From Acinetobacter wanghuae (lineage in GTDB: Bacteria > Pseudomonadota > Gammaproteobacteria > Pseudomonadales > Moraxellaceae): 32,000 nucleotides of DNA. The stretch spans positions 2,430,001 to 2,462,000 of the forward strand of contig NZ_CP045650.1 in NCBI RefSeq assembly GCF_009557235.1, given 5' to 3'. Position 1 is the stretch's first letter; each line of letters starts with the position of its first letter. Shown here one piece after another: positions 10,112-18,934 of this stretch. Under the pieces are notes generated by a model, which worked only from the letters and a program-made list of their open reading frames with translations, had not been told where the DNA came from and did not search any database. The position numbers and the translations under genes are program-made.

Positions 10112-10631
10112 AGTTATAGACCTCCACAATAACGCATTGTGCACCTGGAGAATACGAAGTACTGTCCGTGCACGGTGTAGCTCCAGCTGCGATTTCTGAG
10201 GCAGCTGTTTGCGTTGTCTTATCAGCAGGGATCGTATCCCCCCAAGCTACATATACACATTTTCTTTTAAAGTCTTTATCAGTCCCCTGACAATCTAAAA
10301 TTGCGAGACGCATACCTTCGTGATCTGCACGTTTAGACACTTGAGCATAATCGTAAACAGCTAAGTCAGCTGGTGAACAATATTTTTTATCGCATTCTTC
10401 AGGTGTACCAGACGTTGCCAATTTATAGAATGCTAATCCATCACGATTCATTCGCATTCTTTCAGAAAGATCTCTGGCTAAATTCATTGCTTGAATGTTA
10501 TGCGCTGCTTCTTCACTTGCCATTATTGCTCTTACCTGCAAAGCTACAAACCCTAAAACAGCTATACTAAGCAGTAACAATGCAACCAACACTTCCACCA
10601 AACCAACGCCGATCTGTGATTTTGATTTCAT
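10104..10631 (-). CDS. pilV: Type IV pilus modification protein / minor pilin PilV
   Basis: MKSKSQIGVGLVEVLVALLLLSIAVLG is a PilV-type N-terminus (G-x-x-L-x-E-V-L-V-A). ATG at 10631 is preceded by GAGGG. Confidence 0.85.
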   Translation of the reverse strand: MKSKSQIGVGLVEVLVALLLLSIAVLGFVALQVRAIMASEEAAHNIQAMNLARDLSERMRMNRDGLAFYKLATSGTPEECDKKYCSPADLAVYDYAQVSKRADHEGMRLAILDCQGTDKDFKRKCVYVAWGDTIPADKTTQTAASEIAAGATPCTDSTSYSPGAQCVIVEVYNYD

Positions 10632-10639
10632 AACACCCT

Positions 10640-11062
10640 CTAACATGTTGTTTGATTTTTGTTGTACACAACAGAGCCATTAGTATTAAATCGAATAACT
10701 GCTTTTAAGGCATCGTTCTTTACATGCTTAAGGACGAAACATTGATTTGCCCCGACTAAGTATCCAAAATAATTATATTTTAGTAATGATGGTGCTGTTG
10801 CCCATACTACATGTTCTAAAGGAGTCCACGACTCATCGCCCCCTATACCCGTTGCTAAACTTAGCGTCTTTTCTTTTTTTCTTAATATAGCTTCGGAGCG
10901 TGTCTGCGAGGCCAATAAGACAATTTCATTAGCAGCACTATTTAATTGATTTTGTCTTATTTGGTTTACAAATGAAGGCGCCGCCATCATGGCAATAATA
11001 GCAAGTACTGCAATAGTCACCATTAATTCAATTAAGGTGAATCCATTTCCCCTGACTCGCAT
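10640..11062 (-). CDS. fimU: Type IV minor pilin FimU (GspH/FimT family)
   Basis: MRVRGNG|FTLIELMVTIAVLAIIAMMAAPSF. ATG at 11062 is preceded by GGAGAG. First gene of the operon. The 21-aa ORF-track extension is rejected. Confidence 0.75.
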   Translation of the reverse strand: MRVRGNGFTLIELMVTIAVLAIIAMMAAPSFVNQIRQNQLNSAANEIVLLASQTRSEAILRKKEKTLSLATGIGGDESWTPLEHVVWATAPSLLKYNYFGYLVGANQCFVLKHVKNDALKAVIRFNTNGSVVYNKNQTTC

Positions 11063-11149
11063 ATTCTCTCCATAAACACAAATGATTACCCTATTACAAA
11101 TAATAACCAATTTAAGATCAAACACATCTTTTTATAGGATAAAAGGTAT

Positions 11150-11190
11150 AAAAAAACAGACAATCGTCACAAAACAATTGTCTGTTTTTA
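11150..11190 (-). terminator. Rho-independent terminator downstream of ispH
   Basis: A 9-bp stem (acagacaat / attgtctgt) with a 12-nt loop, followed on the minus strand by a T7 run. It isolates ispH from the fimU operon. Confidence 0.7.
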
Positions 11191-11219
11191 TTCAATAAAA
11201 TTAGATTATGAAGTCTAAC

Positions 11220-12170
11220 TTATGCTTGCGTCACAGGAATACGTAATTCTTTCGGTAAACTAAAGGTAATATTTTCTTCGCGACCATCCAATTCTTTGGC
11301 ATGTGAAGCGCCCCAATCTTGCAATCTTTGAAGGACTTGCTTAATTAAAATTTCAGGCGCAGATGCACCAGCCGTCACCCCAACCTGTGATTTTTCACTA
11401 AACCATTCTTGTTTTAATTCATCAGCATTATCAACCAAATATGCGGATTTACCCATACGCTCTGCAAGTTCACGCAAACGATTGGAATTCGATGAGTTTG
11501 GTGAACCAACAACAAGCACCACATCACAACGTTCAGCTAAATCACGTACTGCATCTTGACGGTTTTGTGTTGCATAGCAAATATCATCTTTACGCGGACC
11601 TTGAATGTCAGGGAATTTTTGACGTAATGCATCAATGACTTTAGCAGTGTCATCTATCGATAGCGTTGTTTGCGTGACAAATGCGACTTTATTTGGATTT
11701 TTGATATTCAGAGCAGCGACATCATCTTCATCTTCAACCAAATAAATGTCACCGCCATTTTTCTTATCATATTGCCCCATGGTGCCTTCAACTTCAGGGT
11801 GCCCTTCATGACCAATCAAAATCGCTTCAATGCCTTCACGGGCATATTTGGTCACTTCAATATGTACTTTTGTCACCAAGGGGCAAGTCGCATCAAAAAC
11901 TTTTAAGCCACGACGAGTCGCTTCTTGTTGAACCGCTTTAGAGACACCATGTGCACTAAAAATGACAATATTATCATCCGGCACTTCATCGAGTTCATCG
12001 ACAAAAATTGCGCCACGCTGACGTAGATCATCAACTACAAATTTGTTATGAACCACTTCATGACGAACATAAATAGGAGGATTAAAACATTCTAGGGCAC
12101 GGTTCACGATCGCGATGGCACGATCCACCCCTGCACAAAAACCACGCGGGTTAGCTAAAACAATTTCCAT
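11220..12170 (-). CDS. ispH: 4-hydroxy-3-methylbut-2-enyl diphosphate reductase
   Basis: [19 protein letters not shown]..., VVHNKFVV and SSNSNRL are IspH/LytB signatures. GAGGA RBS. Confidence 0.95.
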   Translation of the reverse strand: MEIVLANPRGFCAGVDRAIAIVNRALECFNPPIYVRHEVVHNKFVVDDLRQRGAIFVDELDEVPDDNIVIFSAHGVSKAVQQEATRRGLKVFDATCPLVTKVHIEVTKYAREGIEAILIGHEGHPEVEGTMGQYDKKNGGDIYLVEDEDDVAALNIKNPNKVAFVTQTTLSIDDTAKVIDALRQKFPDIQGPRKDDICYATQNRQDAVRDLAERCDVVLVVGSPNSSNSNRLRELAERMGKSAYLVDNADELKQEWFSEKSQVGVTAGASAPEILIKQVLQRLQDWGASHAKELDGREENITFSLPKELRIPVTQA

Positions 12171-12303
12171 AAAATCCTCAATACCTAGCCAATTTGTAGC
12201 AATTCAATTGAAATAAATGTAAACAATCGACGTACAACTATTTAGTTTAAAGCCTGTCTACTCTAAAATAGAGAAGATATTTTATCATATCAGGAAAAAT
12301 ATC

Positions 12304-12924
12304 ATGTCGGGTCTCTTGTTTGTCGTTTCTGCTGCGTCTGGAACAGGCAAAACATCCCTGGTTAAGGCATTACTTGAACGTGTCAATAACTTACACGTTT
12401 CTGTGTCTCATACGACACGCGGTCAACGACCTGGCGAACTCGATGGCGTGCATTATCATTTTGCAACCAAAGACGATTTCTTAAGCCTTGTAAATGATGG
12501 TGGTTTTATCGAATACGCGGAAGTATTTGGTAATTATTATGGTACAGCTCAAGCAACTGTGAAGCAGCAACTTGCAAAAGGTCATGACGTTTTACTTGAA
12601 ATTGACTGGCAAGGTGCGGAGCAAGTACGTAAGCTTTTTCCTGAATCTAAACAAATCTTTATTTTACCGCCAAGCCAATTTGATTTACGTCAGCGTTTAT
12701 CAAATCGTGGCACAGATTCAGTTGAAGTGATTGAACATCGTTTAAGCTGTGCAGTTGAAGATATGCAGCAATACAGTAACTTTGACTATGTCATTATTAA
12801 TGATGACTTTAATAAAGCCCTACACGATTTAGAATCGGTGATTATTGCCAATCGTTTGGTGCTGTCTCAGCAAGCCACTCGTCATGAAAAATTGATTCAG
12901 GCCTTAATTACTCCGACAGAATAG
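12304..12924 (+). CDS. gmk: Guanylate kinase
   Basis: P-loop SGTGKTSL, TTRGQRPGELDGVHYHF, EIDWQGA. Confidence 0.95.
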   Translation: MSGLLFVVSAASGTGKTSLVKALLERVNNLHVSVSHTTRGQRPGELDGVHYHFATKDDFLSLVNDGGFIEYAEVFGNYYGTAQATVKQQLAKGHDVLLEIDWQGAEQVRKLFPESKQIFILPPSQFDLRQRLSNRGTDSVEVIEHRLSCAVEDMQQYSNFDYVIINDDFNKALHDLESVIIANRLVLSQQATRHEKLIQALITPTE

Positions 12925-13001
12925 TGATTAAAACTTGAGTCTATTGGCAAAGCCTTTTATACTTCGCAGTCTGTTAAAATATTACTCAAACGAGAATTCC
13001 T

Positions 13002-13283
13002 ATGGCACGCGTAACCGTTGAAGATTGTTTAGACCATGTAGACAACCGCTTTGAGCTTGTACTAGTGGCAAGCAAACGCGCGCGTCAATTGGCACGTCAA
13101 GGCATTGAACCAACTGTAGAATGGGACAATGACAAACCGACAGTTGTTGCTTTACGTGAAATCGCAATGGGTCATGTATCTAAAGATATTTTGAAACAAC
13201 GCGATCAAGACTATCAAACGTCTAGTTTAGATCTTGCGCTTTCTGCAAATAATCTAAATTTAGATGGTTTTTCTTTCCAATAA
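13002..13283 (+). CDS. rpoZ: DNA-directed RNA polymerase subunit omega
   Basis: [30 protein letters not shown] is canonical RpoZ. Confidence 0.95.
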   Translation: MARVTVEDCLDHVDNRFELVLVASKRARQLARQGIEPTVEWDNDKPTVVALREIAMGHVSKDILKQRDQDYQTSSLDLALSANNLNLDGFSFQ

Positions 13284-13296
13284 GAAATAACCGCTC

Positions 13297-13329
13297 AAAA
13301 AAGCCTAGTTTTTAACTAGGCTTTTTTTA
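13297..13329 (+). terminator. Rho-independent terminator after rpoZ
   Basis: aaaaaagcctagtt-ttt-aactaggcttttttt: a 9-bp stem followed by a T7 run. Confidence 0.75.
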
Positions 13330-13500
13330 TTGTCAGGCTTTTAACTTAGTGCGATAACGGTTATAACATTAGCTTGAATAATATCGTTTGTGTAATTTTT
13401 ACTCCGTTTTTAGCTTAAAAAATTGACAAGCGATGCAATATGCATTTCATTAAAGCATTCACATATTCTTTGTAAAAAAATCTAGTTTTAAAGGTGTTTT

Positions 13501-15603
13501 ATGCCAGGCCCACAGGTCAGCCAAGCCAAGCAACAGCTTAAAATCATTATTGACGCTTATCTCAATGAGAAAGACGTCGAGCGTGTACTTGCGGCCTGCG
13601 ATTATGCCGATATGGCACATGATGGGATCACACGTAAAAGCGGTGAACCCTATGTCCTGCATCCCATTGCTGTCGCCTCTATTTTGGCACATATGCGGCT
13701 TGATACTGAAACGCTCATGGCTGCCCTGCTTCATGATGTCATTGAGGACACCGAATTTAACAAAGACGATATTACTGAAACCTTTAGTCGTACCGTTGCC
13801 GAACTAGTCGATGGCGTCACTAAACTCAGTCATTCAAGCGACAAAGAATTTAATAAAGCTGCGTCGTTCCGTAAAATCTTACAAGCCACTTTACAAGACC
13901 CACGTGTCATTATTGTGAAACTCGCAGACCGTTATCACAACATGACCACCCTTGAAGCTTTACGCCCCGATAAACGCGCGCGTATTGCTAAAGAAACCTT
14001 TGAAATTTTTGTACCGATGGCACGTCTCGTCGGTATGAATGAGATGGCAGATAATTTAGAACATCTGTGTTATCAAAATCTTGATTTAGATATGTATAAC
14101 GATGTTCAGGCGGCTTTACTGCAAACCAAATCAAAACGTTGTGAATACCAAGCCATTTGGGAAAAGAAACTCAGCGACTTATTGGAACAGCATCGCCTAC
14201 AAGGTCGGATTAAAAAGAAAGATAACAATATTGAGCTGCTGCGCCATTTTGTGAAAAATGACATTAATCTACAAGAACTCACCCACAGCCATGCATTTGA
14301 AATTATTTTACAAAGCATTGCCGACTGCGACCGTTTTGCAGAACTCTTAAAAGACAGCTTTAAAGTCCTCAATTTCCAAGATAATATTCGTCAGCCTTTA
14401 CCTGGTGGCAACCAATCGCTCACCATGCGAATTAAAGGCGAAAAAACCACATTATCACTGACCATTCAAACTGAACTGATGCGTAAAGCGGCAAGATTTG
14501 GTTTAGTACTCGGTGAAAGTGCACCTCAAGCCTGTCGCTCTGCCATTCAAGCCTCAATGCAAAATTTAAACGTGTTGGTCGATGGCGAATGTGCCAAAAC
14601 GACATTTAGCGAACTACTCGATTATTTGCATCAAGAAAAGATTTGGGTCTATACCCCACAAGGGCATTTGCATGAATTGCCTCAAGGGGCAACCGCAGTC
14701 GATTTTGCTTATTCAGCAAGTCTATTTTTAGGCAACCATGCAGTAGGTAGCAAGGTAGATGGCGAAATTAAACCGCTTTCGACACCGCTTGCGAGTGGTC
14801 AAGTCATTGAGATTATTACCGATGTTCTTGCAACACCGAACCCCGATTGGCTCAGTTTTATTAATACCCAAAAAGCGCGTCGCGCCATTCAGAATATTCT
14901 GCGCGACCAAGATCGTGATGAACAGCTTCTCGTCGGTCAACAAGCGTTAAATCGTGCGCTTAAATTGTTTAATCGTTCAATTAAAGATTTAAGCTTGAGT
15001 GATTGGGAAAATTTACTCAATTGGCGCCATATTCAAACCCAAGAACAACTCTTTGAACAGATTGCAGTCGGTGACTTACTTCCACAGCTGGTCGCAAATC
15101 ATTTATTTGCCAATGACGAACACAGCAGCTCCGCTTCAAGCCGCTTAATTCAAGGTACAGAAGGCGCAGATGTCAAATATGCACATTGCTGTAATCCAGT
15201 TCTAGGTGATCCAATTCAAGGGCATTTAACCCGTCGTGGTTTAATTGTGCATCGTTCACGCTGTCATAATTTATTGCATGAGCAAAAACAGCATCCTGAA
15301 AATATTATGCCGCTGCATTGGACCACGGATGACAGCGAAGATATTAGCTTTACCGCTTATCTCTGTATTGACCTTGCCATGAATGATGAGCAAATTTCCG
15401 ATTTGATCTATCAATGTCGTAAAGCCAAATCAGGCGTTGAGTCAGTGCGCAATTATGATGGCAAAACTTATGTCAATATTGTGGCGCATAACCGTAAGCA
15501 AATTGCGCAAATTATTCGTGACCTACGCATGAATTTTGGCTTCCCACGTATTGTCCGTTTAGCACAGCCCATTGTGATGCCAGAAGCGTCTAAAGCAAGT
15601 TAA
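13501..15603 (+). CDS. spoT: RelA/SpoT-homologue long RSH. The HD hydrolase domain is intact and the synthetase domain is degenerate (SpoT)
   Basis: HD motif HPIAVASIL...LLHDVIEDT; TGS domain (IWVYTPQGHLHELPQGATAVDFAY); conserved-Cys region HCCNPVLGDPIQG; C-terminal ACT/RRM-like region. Follows gmk-rpoZ. Confidence 0.9.
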   Translation: MPGPQVSQAKQQLKIIIDAYLNEKDVERVLAACDYADMAHDGITRKSGEPYVLHPIAVASILAHMRLDTETLMAALLHDVIEDTEFNKDDITETFSRTVAELVDGVTKLSHSSDKEFNKAASFRKILQATLQDPRVIIVKLADRYHNMTTLEALRPDKRARIAKETFEIFVPMARLVGMNEMADNLEHLCYQNLDLDMYNDVQAALLQTKSKRCEYQAIWEKKLSDLLEQHRLQGRIKKKDNNIELLRHFVKNDINLQELTHSHAFEIILQSIADCDRFAELLKDSFKVLNFQDNIRQPLPGGNQSLTMRIKGEKTTLSLTIQTELMRKAARFGLVLGESAPQACRSAIQASMQNLNVLVDGECAKTTFSELLDYLHQEKIWVYTPQGHLHELPQGATAVDFAYSASLFLGNHAVGSKVDGEIKPLSTPLASGQVIEIITDVLATPNPDWLSFINTQKARRAIQNILRDQDRDEQLLVGQQALNRALKLFNRSIKDLSLSDWENLLNWRHIQTQEQLFEQIAVGDLLPQLVANHLFANDEHSSSASSRLIQGTEGADVKYAHCCNPVLGDPIQGHLTRRGLIVHRSRCHNLLHEQKQHPENIMPLHWTTDDSEDISFTAYLCIDLAMNDEQISDLIYQCRKAKSGVESVRNYDGKTYVNIVAHNRKQIAQIIRDLRMNFGFPRIVRLAQPIVMPEASKAS

Positions 15604-15678
15604 TCAGTTAAACCGATAATACTTTGCGATATTGATCTGATCTCATATGATGTAAGTGAATGATAAAAGGAGAAATTG

Positions 15679-16062
15679 ATGTCCCGCCAAGTGATCCATA
15701 CTGAAAATGCCCCTGCGGCAATTGGTACTTATTCTCAAGCAATTTTAGTTGGAGATACTTTGTATCTTTCAGGTCAAATTGGTTTAGACCCATATAGCAT
15801 GGAATTGGTTGAAGGCATTGAAGCTCAAATTCGCCGTGTATTTGATAATCTAAAAGCCGTTTGTGAAGCAGCAGGTGGCACATTGGCTGATATTGCAAAA
15901 CTCAATATCTTCTTAACAGATCTATCTCATTTCCAACTAGTCAATCAAATTATGGGCGAGTATTTTGCACAGCCCTATCCTGCACGTGCTGCGCTTGGTG
16001 TGGCGAGTCTACCCAAAGGTGCATTAGTGGAAATGGATGGTGTGGTTATTATTCATCAATAA
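15679..16062 (+). CDS. ridA: RidA/YjgF family reactive-intermediate deaminase
   Basis: [22 protein letters not shown]...[23 protein letters not shown] at 15679 with an AAGGAG RBS; the ORF-track TTG at 15676 is rejected. There is no terminator after spoT, so the two genes are probably co-transcribed. Confidence 0.9.
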   Translation: MSRQVIHTENAPAAIGTYSQAILVGDTLYLSGQIGLDPYSMELVEGIEAQIRRVFDNLKAVCEAAGGTLADIAKLNIFLTDLSHFQLVNQIMGEYFAQPYPARAALGVASLPKGALVEMDGVVIIHQ

Positions 16063-16088
16063 GTTAATCAACTATATATTTCAATAAA

Positions 16089-16138
16089 ACCTGAGCCAGA
16101 TGAAAAGACATACTCACTTTTCCGCTCAGGTTTTATTT
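16089..16138 (+). terminator. Long interrupted hairpin terminator after ridA
   Basis: Outer stem acctgagc/gctcaggt and inner stem gaaaag/cttttc, followed by ttttatttt. Confidence 0.55.
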
Positions 16139-16187
16139 TGCCATCTAAAACATCGATGAGCTTAAAACCTTTTTTAAATGATTTTTA

Positions 16188-16217
16188 TTGACAAACGATA
16201 ATAGTTATCACTAATAT
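16188..16217 (+). promoter_or_regulatory. Sigma70-type promoter with an overlapping Fur box upstream of bfd
   Basis: TTGACA (16188-16193), 18-nt spacer, TAATAT (16212-16217). The 19-mer gataatagttatcactaat (16197-16215) matches GATAATGATAATCATTATC at 13/19 positions and contains the palindrome GATAA-tag-TTATC. Confidence 0.55.
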
Positions 16218-16251
16218 TACCCATCTTATTTATTCACTGTGGTTCTCTCAC

Positions 16252-16446
16252 ATGTACGTTTGTTTGTGCCGTGGCATTACAGATCAAGACATTAAAGATG
16301 CGATTGCAAATGGTGCTGAATCTTATCGCGAAGTTCGCGATTTACTCGACTTAGGTACATGCTGTGGGCGTTGTGCTCCAGAAGCAAAAATGATCATCAG
16401 TGACGAAATTTCGCAGCTCGCAGCACGACTGGCTGTGGCGGCATAA
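16252..16446 (+). CDS. bfd: Bacterioferritin-associated ferredoxin (2Fe-2S)
   Basis: MYVCLCRGITDQDI...GTCCGRCAP carries the Bfd C-x-C...C-x-x-C cluster motif. 64 aa. Adjacent to bfr. Confidence 0.9.
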   Translation: MYVCLCRGITDQDIKDAIANGAESYREVRDLLDLGTCCGRCAPEAKMIISDEISQLAARLAVAA

Positions 16447-16497
16447 TCTAAGAATAAACATAAGCAAAAAACCAATGATTCTCGAATCATTCCTCCT

Positions 16498-16526
16498 CCC
16501 CCGCCTTTGACTCTGGCGGGTTTTTA
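16498..16526 (+). terminator. Rho-independent terminator after bfd
   Basis: cccgcc-tttgactct-ggcggg followed by T5. It is preceded by a second hairpin, aatgattc-tc-gaatcatt (16474-16491). Confidence 0.7.
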
Positions 16527-16687
16527 TTGCTTAAACTTTAAGGTTTTCAAAAGCCGCGATGCATGTGATTGCGATTTTCATTTGCTGTTCAATAAATTAC
16601 TCGCCATCGGCTATGCACTTGCTTTAAGATAAGTTCAAGGTATCTTTCTTTAAAAGAAAGGTCGCAAGATTAAAATGGAGCTCAATG

Positions 16688-17152
16688 ATGAAAGGCAATC
16701 GTGATGTGATTAATCAGCTGAATCAGGTGTTATATCACCACCTCACTGCCATTAATCAATATTTCCTACATTCGCGCATGTTCAATGATTGGGGCATCGA
16801 GCAACTCGGTTCGGCTGAATATAAAGAGTCGATTCGTCAGATGAAACATGCCGATAAAATTATTGAACGGGTGTTATTTTTAGAAGGTCTGCCGAATTTA
16901 CAACACTTAGGCAAGCTCTATATTGGTCAGCATACTCAAGAAGTGCTGCAATGTGATATTCGCAAAGTGAATGAAAATATCGAAGCCTTACAAAAGGGAG
17001 TTGCCCTTGCTGAAACAGCAATGGACTACGTGACTCGTGATTTATTGCAAGAAATTTTAGAGAAAGAAGAAGAGTATTTAGATTGGGCAAGTACTCAACT
17101 TGATTTAGTCGCAAGTGTTGGCATTGAAAACTACATTCAAAGTCAGATCTAA
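16688..17152 (+). CDS. bfr: Bacterioferritin subunit: haem ligand retained, ferroxidase centre degenerate
   Basis: MKGNRDVINQLNQ...AINQYFLHSRMF...QMKHADK...FLEGLPNLQ...DYVTRD...LDW aligns without gaps to E. coli Bfr. GGAG lies 7 nt upstream of ATG 16688. Confidence 0.9.
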   Translation: MKGNRDVINQLNQVLYHHLTAINQYFLHSRMFNDWGIEQLGSAEYKESIRQMKHADKIIERVLFLEGLPNLQHLGKLYIGQHTQEVLQCDIRKVNENIEALQKGVALAETAMDYVTRDLLQEILEKEEEYLDWASTQLDLVASVGIENYIQSQI

Positions 17153-17168
17153 TATTTCCACCCCAACG

Positions 17169-17196
17169 AAAAAGCCAGCAGTATTGCTGGCTTTTT
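17169..17196. terminator. Bidirectional terminator between bfr and the convergent OTase gene
   Basis: aaaaagccagca-gtat-tgctggcttttt. Confidence 0.75.
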
Positions 17197-17212
17197 CGTA
17201 CTGATATCTAAT

Positions 17213-18850
17213 TTATCTTTTCGGCATTTCCGCAATCAAATCTTCGTAGCTCAATTGCATTTTTTGCACACGATCTAAGCGTAATAACTGATGCTTCGCT
17301 TGATCTTCATAGCCGTTATAAGCCAACAATTTGGCATATTTAATCAGATTATATTTAGTCGGATAACTCAAAATCAATTTTTCAATCTCATCCAATTCTG
17401 CTTTTGATACATCGCTATAAGCATTAAGACGAATCCAATCAATACGATGATTAAATTCAGTCAGCAGATAAATCGGACCCTGATCTTGAATACGTTCAGG
17501 TTGATGCTCATAACGCACCGTCTCTGCCATTTTGCTCACTGCCACATCATAATCACGATAAATCACAATCAGCAGCAAAAGCCCTATTCCAAACACAATC
17601 TTCATCGCAATTGGCGGCAGTGTGATTGTTTTTAAATCTTTCCGCTGCGCCAGCACCGTCCCAATAATAAAACCAACCGGCAATAAGAAATAAGCATAAT
17701 TTTGCGGAAATTCAAACATGGCATGGGTGACAAAAGCGCCAATCATGAGCATCCCAATCACAGATTCAGGCGTGTTGACAAACTTCTGTAAGCGATAGCC
17801 CAAATAGCCGAAATATGCCAAAAATGGCACACCGACAATGATGCCATTCCACAGTAAAAAATCGAGAATAAAGTTATGCGCGCTGCGAATCCAAACAGGT
17901 CCTTCGACGGTATCTGAAATCGACACAAATGCACTACTGGTTTGATACCATCCATAGCCTAGCCAAGGTTTTGCTTCTACCGCGGCAAGCATTTGCTGCC
18001 AAATCGCGACACGTGACATATCCCCTGTCGCACGTGAGACCACGCTACGACTACGAATAACGTCTGCATCTGTAAACTGTGTCATCAATTGACTTAGGAT
18101 CGGGAACAGCCAAATAAAGCCAATAAACACTGCAAGCCATAGCGCGCTATAAAACCATTTTAAGCGAAGCACTGCTCTATATTGGTAATAGCTCAAATAT
18201 ACTAAAATCAATAGCGCTGCGACCCAAGCAGTACGTGACTGACTTAAAGCAATGCCCATCACAATAATCAAACCGCCGAGCACCGACCACATTGTTTTTA
18301 ACTTGCGTTGTTCATACAGATACAGTGTTGCCATCAGAGACATAATGAGGAATGTCGCCATATTATTCGGTTGGGCAAAGTTGGCAAACGGTCGTGTTGT
18401 GCCGCTAATATTGACCATACCCGGCAAGATAGCATCTAAATTTGACCATTGGCACAGCGCAATGAGTCCAGTCACCACGCCAGAAATAACAAAAACATAA
18501 CTTAAGTAAGTAAAGGTTTGTTCCCTTTGATATTGCCCTTTTGAGAGTTGATAACCCAAGACACTCGCAAGCCAGAAACTAAAGATGAAAATAAAACCCA
18601 TCATTGCGGTATTAAAGAAAAACACCTGTCCCATAAGCAATTGCAGCAGTGGTACACATGCAAGCAGCAGCAATGGCAAAATTACTGTTGGCAATTTGAT
18701 TTTTTCTTTGAAGCAAATAGCCGCTAAAGCAAATAAGGCAAAAAATGCATATAGCTCACCTGTATAGGTCACCCAAGGGCGGTAATGGACAGGGATGAGC
18801 CATGCAAGGGAGATGAGTATGGCTGCGATGAGGGCAAGTGTGGCTTTCAT
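17213..18850 (-). CDS. pglL: PglL-type O-oligosaccharyltransferase (Wzy_C / O-antigen-ligase superfamily), probably the general protein O-glycosylation OTase
   Basis: Polytopic membrane protein with the blocks RPFANFAQPNNMAT, LSQSRTAW, PWLGYGWYQT, SAHNFILDFLLWNG and HAMFEFP. It sits next to bfr, where Acinetobacter pglL is found. ATG at 18850; the ORF-track TTG at 18871 is rejected. Confidence 0.7.
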   Translation of the reverse strand: MKATLALIAAILISLAWLIPVHYRPWVTYTGELYAFFALFALAAICFKEKIKLPTVILPLLLLACVPLLQLLMGQVFFFNTAMMGFIFIFSFWLASVLGYQLSKGQYQREQTFTYLSYVFVISGVVTGLIALCQWSNLDAILPGMVNISGTTRPFANFAQPNNMATFLIMSLMATLYLYEQRKLKTMWSVLGGLIIVMGIALSQSRTAWVAALLILVYLSYYQYRAVLRLKWFYSALWLAVFIGFIWLFPILSQLMTQFTDADVIRSRSVVSRATGDMSRVAIWQQMLAAVEAKPWLGYGWYQTSSAFVSISDTVEGPVWIRSAHNFILDFLLWNGIIVGVPFLAYFGYLGYRLQKFVNTPESVIGMLMIGAFVTHAMFEFPQNYAYFLLPVGFIIGTVLAQRKDLKTITLPPIAMKIVFGIGLLLLIVIYRDYDVAVSKMAETVRYEHQPERIQDQGPIYLLTEFNHRIDWIRLNAYSDVSKAELDEIEKLILSYPTKYNLIKYAKLLAYNGYEDQAKHQLLRLDRVQKMQLSYEDLIAEMPKR

Positions 18851-18888
18851 GAATGTATCAATGCTTTTCAATATTGCACATGATAAGC

Positions 18889-18920
18889 AAAAAGCAGATT
18901 AAAAGGTAATCTGCTTTTTC
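18889..18920 (-). terminator. Rho-independent terminator between the 243-aa gene and pglL
   Basis: Stem gcagatta / taatctgc with a 5-nt loop, flanked by A and T runs. On the minus strand it is followed by ttttt. Confidence 0.65.
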
Positions 18921-18934
18921 CATTTTTTAGCAAA

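Noticed and set aside
10640-11062. I looked for the C-terminal GRxR DNA-binding motif described for FimT-type DNA-receptor minor pilins.
   Set aside because: The C-terminus reads ...VIRFNTNGSVVYNKNQTTC and has no GRxR. The gene is better called FimU, and a DNA-receptor role is not supported by the sequence.
13459-13734. A 91-aa minus-strand ORF across the spoT start.
   Set aside because: It is antisense to the conserved HD-domain coding region of spoT. No signals support it.
16565-16585. A possible second Fur box (gtgattgcgattttcatttgc) upstream of bfr.
   Set aside because: It has only a loose resemblance to the GATAAT hexamer repeats. It is no better than expected in AT-rich intergenic DNA.
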